Part shown: positions 40,275 through 49,802 of the stretch, in pieces
Position numbering within the stretch: the stretch's first letter is position 1
How the letters are laid out: each line of letters opens with the position of its first letter
NCBI GenBank assembly: GCA_965219415.1
Contig: CBDCNP010000002.1
Location: 1,024,001 to 1,088,000 of the forward strand
Length of the DNA: 64,000 nucleotides
Source of the DNA: Candidatus Marinacidobacterales bacterium
GTDB lineage: Bacteria > Acidobacteriota > Vicinamibacteria > Marinacidobacterales > DATDRI01
Direction: 5' to 3'
Notes under the pieces: generated by a model
The model's input: the letters and a program-made list of their open reading frames with translations, nothing else
Database searches by the model: none
Told to the model about the DNA's origin: nothing
Made by a program: the position numbers and the translations under genes

Positions 40275-41821
40275 CACTGCTTCCACATGGGGTAGAGATT
40301 CTGGGTCAGCGGGTGGCCGGGAGTCGCCGCGGACCCGTGCAGATCGTTGCGCTGCGCCGACAACCCGACCATGGTCACGACAACGGCGAACGGCATCTCC
40401 TTGAGCCACAGCGCCTCGACCTCGCGGTACAGGACGCAGCGACGCTCCTCGTCGAGCTCCGCGGCGGCTGTGTCGAGCAGCTTGTCCATGGCCGCGTTCT
40501 GGTACCAAGCAAAGTTGTTGCCGCCGTCACCGGCCTGACTGGAGTGAGCCAGCGCATAGAGATAGTGGTGCGCTTCCGGACCCGGTGTAAAGAGCCATAT
40601 CGTGCCCATGTCGGTGGACGTCTCCGGACGAGAGTAGTTCTCGACCTTGGCGTCCCACTCGATGTCGACCGCGGTCAGTTGAATGCCGAGCCGTGCCGCA
40701 CCCGCGCGCATGATCTCGAAGATCGGTGTCTCGCCCGTGGTGCCCTCGAATGCCATCGTCAGCTCCACATCGCCCGGCCGGATGCCGGAGCTGGCCAGGA
40801 GCCGGCGCGCCTCGTCGAGATCCGTACGCGGTCGCGGCGAGTCAGGGCTGGCGCACTCGGCGCGCGCCGGCAGCACGCCGTAGGGATGCTCGGCGTTGCC
40901 GCGCATGAGATGCTCGATGTGTCCTTGGTAGTCGTAGGCGAGCGCCAGCGCACGCCGCACTCGGGCATCGCGGAGATGCTCGCTGCGGGTATTGAAGGCG
41001 ATGTACAGCTGGTTGAGCGTCGGGTCGCGGTTTACCCGAATGCCCGGCTCGTCGGCCAGTGCCTCCAGCGTGTCGGCGCTCGACAGGTAGATCCAGTCGG
41101 CATCGCCGTTGACCAGCGCGATCCGGCGCGCGACCTCCTCGCGGAGGACGCGAAAGACGGCGCGCTCCACGTGGCGCGATCCCCAGCCCAGGTGGTAATC
41201 GGGGAAGCGCTCCACCGTAAACTGCAGCTCAGGCTGAAACGAGACCAATCGATAGGGCCCGCTCCCGGCCTCGTGGTTCTGCAACCAGCGCTGCCCGAAA
41301 TCCCCCTGGAACTCATTGGCGTGGATCAGATCGGCGTTGGCAATGTAGAGCCGAGTCATGGCCCCGAGAAAACCGGAGAACGGCTCGAACAGATCGATGG
41401 CAACCCGGCGCTCGTCGAGCACCTCGGCGCCGCTGACCGGCGTGAGGTAGGCCCAGACCCCGATCTTCAAGGCCAGCATTCGGTCGACGACATACTTGAC
41501 GTCCTCGGCAAGCACTGGCGTGCCGTCGTGAAACCGCGCATCCTCGCGCACGTTGAAGACATAGCGGCGTGCGTCGTGGGACACCTCGTAGGAAGCCGCC
41601 AGATCCAGCTGCAGGTCGGTGGTACCCGGCACGTATTGGACGAGCGCGCTGTAGAGGTTGATGGCCGAGGTGTCGACCCGACTGTCGAGAGCTGCGAGCG
41701 GATCGAGTGTCGGTGGGATGCCCTCGGTCAGCAGCACCAGATGAGAGCGTTCGGCAGCCGGCGCGCAGCTCAGAGCCGTGGTGATCAGCGCACAGGTCAG
41801 TAGGCGAGGCGATCCGCTCAC
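40274..41821 (-). CDS. Peptide ABC transporter substrate-binding lipoprotein (family 5)
   Basis: TALSC lipobox, TLDP, FHDGTP..AEDV, GSGPY, D.RVR.AL..A.D and NFA.Y.N...D.LL. A GTG start overlaps the TGA of an upstream frame. Confidence 0.92.
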   Translation of the reverse strand: MSGSPRLLTCALITTALSCAPAAERSHLVLLTEGIPPTLDPLAALDSRVDTSAINLYSALVQYVPGTTDLQLDLAASYEVSHDARRYVFNVREDARFHDGTPVLAEDVKYVVDRMLALKIGVWAYLTPVSGAEVLDERRVAIDLFEPFSGFLGAMTRLYIANADLIHANEFQGDFGQRWLQNHEAGSGPYRLVSFQPELQFTVERFPDYHLGWGSRHVERAVFRVLREEVARRIALVNGDADWIYLSSADTLEALADEPGIRVNRDPTLNQLYIAFNTRSEHLRDARVRRALALAYDYQGHIEHLMRGNAEHPYGVLPARAECASPDSPRPRTDLDEARRLLASSGIRPGDVELTMAFEGTTGETPIFEIMRAGAARLGIQLTAVDIEWDAKVENYSRPETSTDMGTIWLFTPGPEAHHYLYALAHSSQAGDGGNNFAWYQNAAMDKLLDTAAAELDEERRCVLYREVEALWLKEMPFAVVVTMVGLSAQRNDLHGSAATPGHPLTQNLYPMWKQ

Positions 41822-41944
41822 GCTCGACCGTCGGCTCGAGAGTATTCGAACAAAGCACCTCCCACGGCGTCCTCGAGTCGTGTCGGTCGAACCCACGCCC
41901 CGCGGGACGCGCGGAACTCCGGATCACGACGCGTAAGTTTCGTA

Positions 41945-42393
41945 TTGTATCCGATTTCGAGACCCACCGATGCGCCCGACGATGCACGCGACGCCACACC
42001 ACCCAGGCGCACCCTCACCAAGCGCTGGGCCGAGCTCATCTACCGCATCTATGAAGTCGACCCCTTGACCTGTACCCAATGCGGCGCCGAGATGAAGATC
42101 ATCGCTTTCATCACCGACCACCACACCATCCAGAAAATCCTCGACCACCGGGACAAAAACGCGGCCGAACCCAGAGCTCCCCCTCCGACATCCTCTCACT
42201 GATTGAGACACGGCCCCGTCCCTCGACACCACGCCTCTGTCTCGAAACCAAAAACGACACCGGCCGAACGACTACCTGCCATCGCTACACAGGTCGCACG
42301 CACGACCACAGGCGATATTTCACTTCTCCACGGCTCAACCGATACAATTCACGCCGTGACCACAACGGCGGCGGGATACAACTTCCTAAACGT
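41945..42393 (+). mobile_element. IS91/ISCR-like transposase C-terminal remnant plus probable element end
   Basis: RWAELIYRIYEVDPLTCTQCGAEMKIIAFITD...KILDH...RAPP, followed by a non-coding tail ending CAACTTCCTAAAC. Confidence 0.72.
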
Positions 42394-42438
42394 CTCTACA
42401 AAGAAGGGATCAATGGGTGGCCTCGGAGGCGGTAGAGC

Positions 42439-43463
42439 TTGGTTGGTGACTACGGGCCAGGCGAAGTAGATATACGCAAAGACTACAGCGACGATGAGTT
42501 ACTCGGGATGGTAAAAAAGTTCCCGCTCGAGTTTGAGCCTGGAACTCAGTGGAGCTATAGCAACACAGGCTATTTGCTGCTCGGAATCATCATCTCGAAA
42601 TTGACCGACGAGCATTGGGGCGAGTATTTGAACGACCGAATCTTTGAACCCCTCGATATGAAAACCGCTCGCGTAATAAGTGATAGTGACATCATCGCGA
42701 ACCGAGCCGCAGGTTATGTTCGCGATGAAGAGGGTAACTTACGAAACCAGTGTTGGGCTTCACCAACCTTTTTAAGCACTGCTGATGGAACTCTATCTAT
42801 CTCTCCTGGACTACCGGAAATGGGACTTGGCGCTACGCGAACGCAAGCTTCTTAGCAGCCAGGCCTATGAATCTTGGTGGACTCCGACGGAAATCGAACC
42901 TGGTGGTTCATTCCCATATGGCTTCGGCTGGTCGATCGGCGAGCAGAGGGGGCGACGTTTGGTTCAGCATGGAGGCTCTTGGCAAGGTTTCAGGGCGTTC
43001 ATCGCCCGGTACATCGAGGACGATCTCACGGTAGTCGTGCTTACAAACGCCGCGGACACCAGACCTCGGATTATCGCGCATGAGATTGCAGGGATCATCG
43101 ATAGTGACCTGAAGCTACCCTCCATTAACGATCGTGGAAACCAAAGAGGAAGTTCGAACGAATAGATTCCTTGGAGTGCTACGAGCTTTCGCTAACTGGG
43201 AGGTGACCGACGCAATGGGGCGTGGACTCGCGGCCACGGCTACCGGTAGCGGTCGGAAAGCGTATTCTCGAAATAACCTCGCAAAGACATTGGGCGACAT
43301 GAAGCGAATTACATGGTTGAGCGACGATGATGTCGAACTGCAGCGTCGCGGGGAATCCATTACCCGAATCTCCTACTTCGTTATTGAGACACATGAGGAC
43401 CGCCACCGATACCGCGCTTACGTCACGCCAGATGGTCGAATCGCTGACTTCATTGAGGGATGA
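42439..43463 (+). pseudogene. Serine hydrolase (beta-lactamase family), 5'-truncated, two frameshifts
   Basis: FEPGTQWSYSNTGY.LLG, IFEPL.M, YGFGW and HGG.WQGF. The SxxK N-terminus is absent. ORFs 42439..42855, 42785..43165 and 43134..43463. Confidence 0.8.
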
Positions 43464-43619
43464 CCGCGCAAAACGCGTTGGGACCACATTTTCCTAAACG
43501 TCAACTTCCTAAACGTGTCGCAAGCCAAGCCATCGGGTCACTGCTGTGCGGTTGCACCATAACTAGAGATCGGTTCAAATCTGCCGCGAACCATTGTGGG
43601 GTCACAAGGGAGGTCCACC

Positions 43620-45515
43620 ATGCGGAGAGAAAAACTGCTCTTGACATGCCTTGCGGAGCTCGCCTTCCTGGCGGAGAACGATGCGTTCCCCCAGGACTCA
43701 TCCGGGGCTATTCCGAGACCGGATCCCCAGAACGAAGTGCGATTGGAAAAAAGCCGCATGGTCCCCATGAGGGATGGCGTGCGCTTGGCTACCGATTTGT
43801 ATTTCCCTGAAATTGCCGATGAGAAATTGCCGGTGGTTCTCATCCGGACGCCATACAACAAGAACGAGTTCAGGGATGAAAAAGATAACGACGTCTACAT
43901 GTTTGCGTCTCGCGGATTCGTCGTTGCGGTTCAGGATAGTAGGGGGAAGTTCGAGTCCGAGGGGATTTACTCGCCGCCCGCCGGCAGCGAAGCCATCTAT
44001 GGCTACGACACCGTGGATTGGATCTCCAAACAATCTTGGTCCAACGGCAAGGTCGGCATGCACGGCTGCTCGTATCCTGCCGAACTTCAGGCCGCCACCG
44101 CTCCGTTGAGGCACCCCAATCTCACCACGATCATTCCCAGAAACGGACCGATGATCGGAGCAGCGAACGGCCGGTATCGATATTGGTCGGGGTTCAAGCG
44201 TGGTGTGCTCGACTTCGCCGCCACATTGCCATGGCATTTCGGAACCGGTAACAAGTATTCGCTCAAGCCACCGCCGGGTCTCTCGGATGAAGAGATTCTC
44301 CGAATCCGAGAGTTCTTCAACCCCGACGCAAGCAAGGTACCAGAGCCCGATTGGGAGAAACTCATTTGGACCTTGCCGCTCGCCGACATCATGAATAAGG
44401 CCGGCGCGCCCCCGAACGACTGGCTAAATCTCGTGACACGCGACTTCAGCGATCCGTGGTGGCACGACACGATGGGGTATTACGACGGCACAGAGAAGAT
44501 CGATGTTCCCGCGCTCCATATGAGCTCGTGGTACGACCCAAGCGTCGAAGAGACGATCTTCGAGTTCAACTACTTCCAAGAAAATGTGGTATCCGAGACG
44601 GCAGCCAACAATCAGTTTCTGATCGTCCCCCCACCACCCATTGCAGCTACGAACGGGCCACCGAGCGCACCAAGGTCGGCCATCGGGACATCGGCCATCG
44701 GGACATCGGTGATGCGAGGCGCAATTACTACGCGATCTACATTGATTGGTTCGAGTACTGGCTCAAAGGTGCAGTACTACACAATGGGAAGCAACGAATG
44801 GCAATCCGCGGATTCCTGGCCACCGCCGGAGACTCGGTACACGAAGTACTACTTGCACAGCGAGGGCCGCGCCAACAGTCGGTATGGCGACGGAGTGCTG
44901 TCCACCGAGGCACCCGGCGAAGAGCCACCCGATATATTTACGTACGATCCAGGGCATCCAGTCCCGTCAGTCGGAGGGCCGCGCGGCACTCCGTATGGGA
45001 CGCCATCGGGAGCCATCGATCAAGGGCGCGTCGACGTGCGGAACGACGTGTTGGTGTACACCACACCGCCACTAAAAGAGGGCATCGAGCTAACGGGCTC
45101 GATCACCGCCGTCTTCTACGTCTCGTCTACGGCCAAGGACGCCGATTTCACCGGCAAGTTGGTGGATGTGTACCCGGACGGGACGGCGTACAACCTTCAA
45201 GTTGGAATCCTGCGCGCTCGATATCGGGAGGGCTTTACACAAAAGGTATGGATGGAAGAAGGGGGAGTCTACCGGATCCAGATTGATATGGACGCCACCA
45301 GCAACTATTTCGCGCCGGGACACCGGATCCGGCTACAGGTCTCGAGTAGCGATTTCCCGTTGTTCGAAAGGAACCTGAACACTGGTGGGAACAATTTTGA
45401 TGAAACAGAGTGGATCGTCGCTCGGAACAGCGTCCATCACTCGGAGGAACATCCGTCTCACCTCGTTCTGCCAATAATCCCGAATCGCCCGAGTCCGCCG
45501 AGTCAGGACAACTAG
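43620..45515 (+). CDS. CocE/NonD family hydrolase with a locally scrambled region (44625-44775)
   Basis: VPMRDGVRLATD.Y.P, RTPY, QD.RG...SEG, GCSY nucleophile motif, WYD and GHRIRL.VSSS.FP...RN.N. Confidence 0.9.
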   Translation: MRREKLLLTCLAELAFLAENDAFPQDSSGAIPRPDPQNEVRLEKSRMVPMRDGVRLATDLYFPEIADEKLPVVLIRTPYNKNEFRDEKDNDVYMFASRGFVVAVQDSRGKFESEGIYSPPAGSEAIYGYDTVDWISKQSWSNGKVGMHGCSYPAELQAATAPLRHPNLTTIIPRNGPMIGAANGRYRYWSGFKRGVLDFAATLPWHFGTGNKYSLKPPPGLSDEEILRIREFFNPDASKVPEPDWEKLIWTLPLADIMNKAGAPPNDWLNLVTRDFSDPWWHDTMGYYDGTEKIDVPALHMSSWYDPSVEETIFEFNYFQENVVSETAANNQFLIVPPPPIAATNGPPSAPRSAIGTSAIGTSVMRGAITTRSTLIGSSTGSKVQYYTMGSNEWQSADSWPPPETRYTKYYLHSEGRANSRYGDGVLSTEAPGEEPPDIFTYDPGHPVPSVGGPRGTPYGTPSGAIDQGRVDVRNDVLVYTTPPLKEGIELTGSITAVFYVSSTAKDADFTGKLVDVYPDGTAYNLQVGILRARYREGFTQKVWMEEGGVYRIQIDMDATSNYFAPGHRIRLQVSSSDFPLFERNLNTGGNNFDETEWIVARNSVHHSEEHPSHLVLPIIPNRPSPPSQDN

Positions 45516-45530
45516 TTCCGTCTCCCAGGC

Positions 45531-45560
45531 TTGAATCTACCATCTGGTGGCGGATACAAT
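45531..45560 (+). promoter_or_regulatory. Putative sigma70 promoter of the S9 peptidase
   Basis: TTGAAT-N18-TACAAT, 10 nt before the ATG at 45571. Confidence 0.4.
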
Positions 45561-45570
45561 CGCTGCCGAT

Positions 45571-47593
45571 ATGATTAGCCGGTGCCTCGGATTTGCGATC
45601 CTCGGGTCTTGCTTTGTCGCGCATGCGCTCTAATAGGCCGCTTTCGCTCGACGATGTCATCGACATGAAGAGCGTCGGTGGTAACTTTCATCTGGCACCG
45701 GATGGGTTCGAGGAAACGGTGCTGATGTCCCCAGACGGGCGGCAAGTGTTCTATTCCGTTTCGGTGGCCGATTGGGACACGAACCGCCGCGCATCCACTT
45801 TCTATACCGTCGACTCGAATGGCGGAGAGGCGACCGAGGTTACCGCAGTCGAGGGTGGTTCCGCGTTTCGGTACTCACCCCGTGGTTCGTATCTCTCCTT
45901 TACGAAGCCGGTCAGTGGCCCCGAGCAGCTATTCGCGATGGATCGGGCCTCGGGTCAGGTCAAACAACTGAGCGACCGCGCGACCGACGTTTTCATCTAC
46001 GTCTGGACCGAAGATGAATCTCGCATCTTCTTCCTGGCGGAGGACGCACGTTCTCCGGAAGAGCAGCGAAGATACGAGCTCGGCGATAATTGGTTCGCCG
46101 TTGATGAGGCGCCGAACGGCCGGATCGCGGCCCGATGGCGGAACCTCTGGCGTCTCGATCTCAAAGATGGCAATGAAGGGCAGGTTACGTCCCAGAAGCT
46201 CATCCTCGACGAGTTGGACGTCTCGCCGGATGGGAAAAGAGTCGCATTCGTGGCTCGGCCCGACAATCGCCGGAACTACCCGCATACCGCGGAACTGTAC
46301 GTCGTTGATGCGACCGGAGAGAATCTCACCCGTCTGACAAACAATCTCGCACCGGAATCGCTGCCGCTTTGGTCCCCAGACGGGAAACGAATCGCTTACT
46401 ACGCGCCGGACGACAAAACGTACGAGCTGACCAAGGGTTACTTGTGGGTGATGGATCCCGATACAAGAAAGTATAAGAAGCTCCGCTCTCAGAACATGGG
46501 AGACATCTTCACCCTTTCGTGGAGCCCGGATAGCAAAAGCCTGGTATTCAGCGAACAACAACGGATGAACACCAATATCTTTCGCTTGGACGTGGACACC
46601 GACACGTTGACGCCCATTACCGACACCGAGGGCTCGACCAAGGCACTCGCGTTCTCGGCCGACCTCAGCCGCATGGCTTACTCGTACACCGACTTCGACA
46701 CGCCGTTGGACATTTATACATCGAAGGTGGACGAGTCTTCACCAATCCGCCTCACGAACGTCAACCCATGGCTCGAGTCGGATATGGCACTGGGCGCAAG
46801 CCGAGTGATTCGATGGAAGAGCAGCGACGGGCTCGAGATCGAGGGAATTCTCACCGTTCCCCCAGGCTACGATGGCAGTGCGCGGGTACCGTTACTGGTC
46901 CTGATACACGGTGGCCCTCCGAATCAATGGGGAAACGAGTTCTACTACGAATCTCACCTTTATGCCGGCCTCGGCTACGCCATTCTCGCTCCCAACGTCC
47001 GAGGGAGCAGCGGCTACGGTGACGATTTCGTCAAAGCAGTGATCGGAGATATCGGCGGCGGCGAGTACGAAGACATTATGACCGGCGTGGACTTCGTCAT
47101 CGATATGGGCATCGCGGACCCGGGTCGCCTGGCCATCCGTGGCTGGAGCTGGGGTGGTGTCTTGTCGAGCTGGGCGATCACGCAAACCGATCGCTTCAAG
47201 GCTGCCTCCGTCGGCGCCGGCGTGATGAGCTGGCTCTCCGAAATGGGCCCGGGATTCAGCTGGGATCTCACGGAGTGGTACATGGACCAGTCACATTGGG
47301 AGGATCCAGAGGGGTGGAGAAAAATCTCCTCGCTGACCTACGTCCAGAACGTGACCACGCCAACATTGATTATTCATGGAGACGACGATTGGTACAGTAG
47401 CTACAACCAAAGCCTCATCTTCTTTACCGGCCTGCGCGACATCGGCAAGGCGCCGGTAAGGTTCGTCAGCTACCCAGGGCGGGGACACGAGAAGTTCGAC
47501 CCGTGGGGGCAGCGCGCCCGCTACGTGGAAGAGATCCGCTGGATAGAGAAATACGTCAACGGCGTTGACTGGCAGCCACCGACGCGGGACTAG
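45571..47593 (+). CDS. S9 family (acylaminoacyl/prolyl oligo-) peptidase; signal peptide frameshifted near 45630
   Basis: WSPDG propeller repeats, IHGGP, PNVRGS.GYG, GWSWGG (Ser), HGDDD (Asp) and YPGRGH (His). MISRCLGFAILGSCFVAHA lies in another frame from 45571. Confidence 0.92.
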
Positions 47594-48335
47594 TCAGGTC
47601 CGCCTGGGACGGTTTTGCGGTCGGTGGCGAAAGGAGATCGAAGGGAACCGCGTCGAGGGCGATGATCTGCCCAACCATCGGGAGCTCGAACGGGACGTAT
47701 CGTCCGTCCTCGTAGCGCACCCACCGCAGAGACTCATCCTCGAGCTCTTTTTCGCATGTGAAGACCACTTTCTTGGGTTGACCATCCGTGGTCACCGCGG
47801 TCACCTGGATCCGTACGTCCGAGAGCTGGACCTCGTAACCTTTCGGGATCGGGCGCGCGCTGTCGCGAAAGACGGCGCGCTCCACGTGGCGCGATCCCCA
47901 GCCCAGGTGGTAATCGGGGAAGCGCTCCACCGTAAACTGCTGCTCGGGCTGAAACGAGACCAACCGATAGGGGCCCGCTCCCGGCCTCGTGGTTCTGCAA
48001 CCAGCGCTGCCTGAAATCCCCCTGGAACTCATTGGCGCGGATCAGATCGGCGTTGGCAATGTAGAGCCGAGTCATGGCCCCGAGAAGACCGGCGAACGGC
48101 ACGGACAGATCGATGGCACGCCGGCGCTCGTCGAGCACCTCGGCGCCGCTGACCGGCGTGAGGTAGGCCCAGACCTCGATCTTCAAGGCCAGCATTCGGT
48201 CGACGGTGTACTTGACGTCCTCGGCGAGCACCGGCGTGCCGTCGTGAAACAGCGCCTCCTCGCGCACGTTGAAAATGAGTAGGATCCGCTCGTTCGGTGG
48301 GTAGAAGTACTGCACACCGTCCTCGGTGAGGATCA
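47556..48335 (-). pseudogene. Mosaic of three gene fragments: M24-like C-terminus, ABC SBP segment and unknown C-terminus
   Basis: LILTEDGVQYFYPPNERILLI joined to FNVREEALFHDG...ERAVFR, joined to DSARPIPKGYEVQL...PFELP. Confidence 0.75.
47864..48273. repeat. About 410-bp diverged direct copy of 41149-41557 (inside the SBP gene)
   Basis: Aligned by eye: about 19 substitutions and one extra G. Confidence 0.92.
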
Positions 48336-48365
48336 GAGGAAAATGGTGGCGCCTCCTTGTCCTTC

Positions 48366-49769
48366 CTAACGAATTAGTACGATCCCCTCGTTCGGTGGCT
48401 GAATAAACTCCACTCCTCTACTGGTCACAATCTGAGGATTTGAAATATTGAAAGCCAGAGGGTAACCAGGCCGTTCAGCAACGTTCTTATGGACCATGTA
48501 CTCAAAAGCAAAGAGATGGTTTTCCTGGATTTTCAAATGGTGTGTAAATGTTCGAAATGGGCCCATCGAGGCGCCCTCTGTTCTGATATCCCATTCAACT
48601 TCCTGGGTGTCGACATTGTTGTTCCCCATGCTGTGATTATCGATAGAGAATCCTGGCTTATCGGTATTCGCGAGAACCTCCTGCACCATCTTGTAGTCGT
48701 CTGCGCCCTTATCGGCAAACGGAGTATAGATGTATCCCGCTTCTTCCATGGCCTTGACCATGGCAGCTAGTGACTCCCCAGCGGTCATACCGACCCTCAT
48801 ATGTGGCCGCATGATCCATTGGCCTGCTATTGCCAGATCGTAGACTTCCTGTATGAACGCGGGCACTTCTGTTTCTCCGTCTCTCAAGATGTAGGCATAG
48901 GTCTTTGTGTCGATGTCAAAGTCCATATAGCTGCCGCCGGCGTCGGAACCGCTATAGAACAGATCACCGCGCTGCAAAACATAATCACGAGAGTCGGTTT
49001 CCGTGCGATCAGAAACAGTCGAATAGAGAACTCTTGCGTGCGCTTCCCGTCCCGTGGTCTCGCCCGGAACGACGTTCGACAATAGTTCCAAAACCCTCTG
49101 GCGGGCTAGCGCCAACACTTCCACTTGTGCTGCCACCTCCCGGCTCGTCCTCCTCACCAGGAAATCGTTGATGACGTGTTCGGCGGAGACGATTCGCTTG
49201 GAGTATGTCGGGCCCAATATTTTTTCCAGCTTCAAGTATTGCGTATGCGTGATGCCGTCGGCGACGGGGAGAAAATCGGAATAATTGACAGCAATTGTCT
49301 GCGGATCGCGTTCGGCAACAAATTCTGCTATTTCGTTGAAGACTTCGGGAACCGAGAATCCCTGGCTGGGGTCAGAACCGTCATAGTTATAGCCGGCAAA
49401 TGCCCGTGCGACTTCCTCGGAGCCCCGTACGTCGATATTCTCAACCGCTCCTGCGCTTCCACCAAACACGGCGCGCTCGATCCGGTCTCCCAAGTCGGTG
49501 AAAATCAAATAGCCAGATGTTCGGCCAAACTGTATGGCCATGGGATCTTGTCCGCGAGTCACGTGAATCCACATGTCCACGTCGTTGTCGCGCATCGCGC
49601 CTGGCAGCACGAGATCGAGCTTGTCGTTTCTCATCAGACGAAGTGCTTCTTCGTCGGTCTCAGCCGTTCGCGACGGCATGGGGCTTACGAAGTCTTCACC
49701 ACGCTGTGCGTTCGCCGCATGTGCCGTGACAAGCAGGGCGGTCACAAATATCGCGCTACGGAGGTCCAT
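48366..49769 (-). CDS. Secreted M24 (Xaa-Pro aminopeptidase-like) fold protein, paralog 1
   Basis: KLDLVLP.AMR.N.VDMWI, F.D.G.RIERA, RDP..IAVN, DG.TH, DTK..AYILR.GE.E.P and GVEFIQPP. Confidence 0.7.
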   Translation of the reverse strand: MDLRSAIFVTALLVTAHAANAQRGEDFVSPMPSRTAETDEEALRLMRNDKLDLVLPGAMRDNDVDMWIHVTRGQDPMAIQFGRTSGYLIFTDLGDRIERAVFGGSAGAVENIDVRGSEEVARAFAGYNYDGSDPSQGFSVPEVFNEIAEFVAERDPQTIAVNYSDFLPVADGITHTQYLKLEKILGPTYSKRIVSAEHVINDFLVRRTSREVAAQVEVLALARQRVLELLSNVVPGETTGREAHARVLYSTVSDRTETDSRDYVLQRGDLFYSGSDAGGSYMDFDIDTKTYAYILRDGETEVPAFIQEVYDLAIAGQWIMRPHMRVGMTAGESLAAMVKAMEEAGYIYTPFADKGADDYKMVQEVLANTDKPGFSIDNHSMGNNNVDTQEVEWDIRTEGASMGPFRTFTHHLKIQENHLFAFEYMVHKNVAERPGYPLAFNISNPQIVTSRGVEFIQPPNEGIVLIR

Positions 49770-49802
49770 GGTATTCTCCTCGCTATTCAAAGGTAGGTCG
49801 TA

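Noticed and set aside
42439-43463. Mobilised antibiotic-resistance beta-lactamase
   Set aside because: Generic serine-hydrolase family, lacks the SxxK N-terminus and is frameshifted.
47864-48273. Diversity-generating retroelement TR/VR pair (with 41149-41557)
   Set aside because: Mismatches fall on A, C and T rather than on adenines only, the repeat is mid-gene and about 410 bp long, and no reverse transcriptase is in the window.
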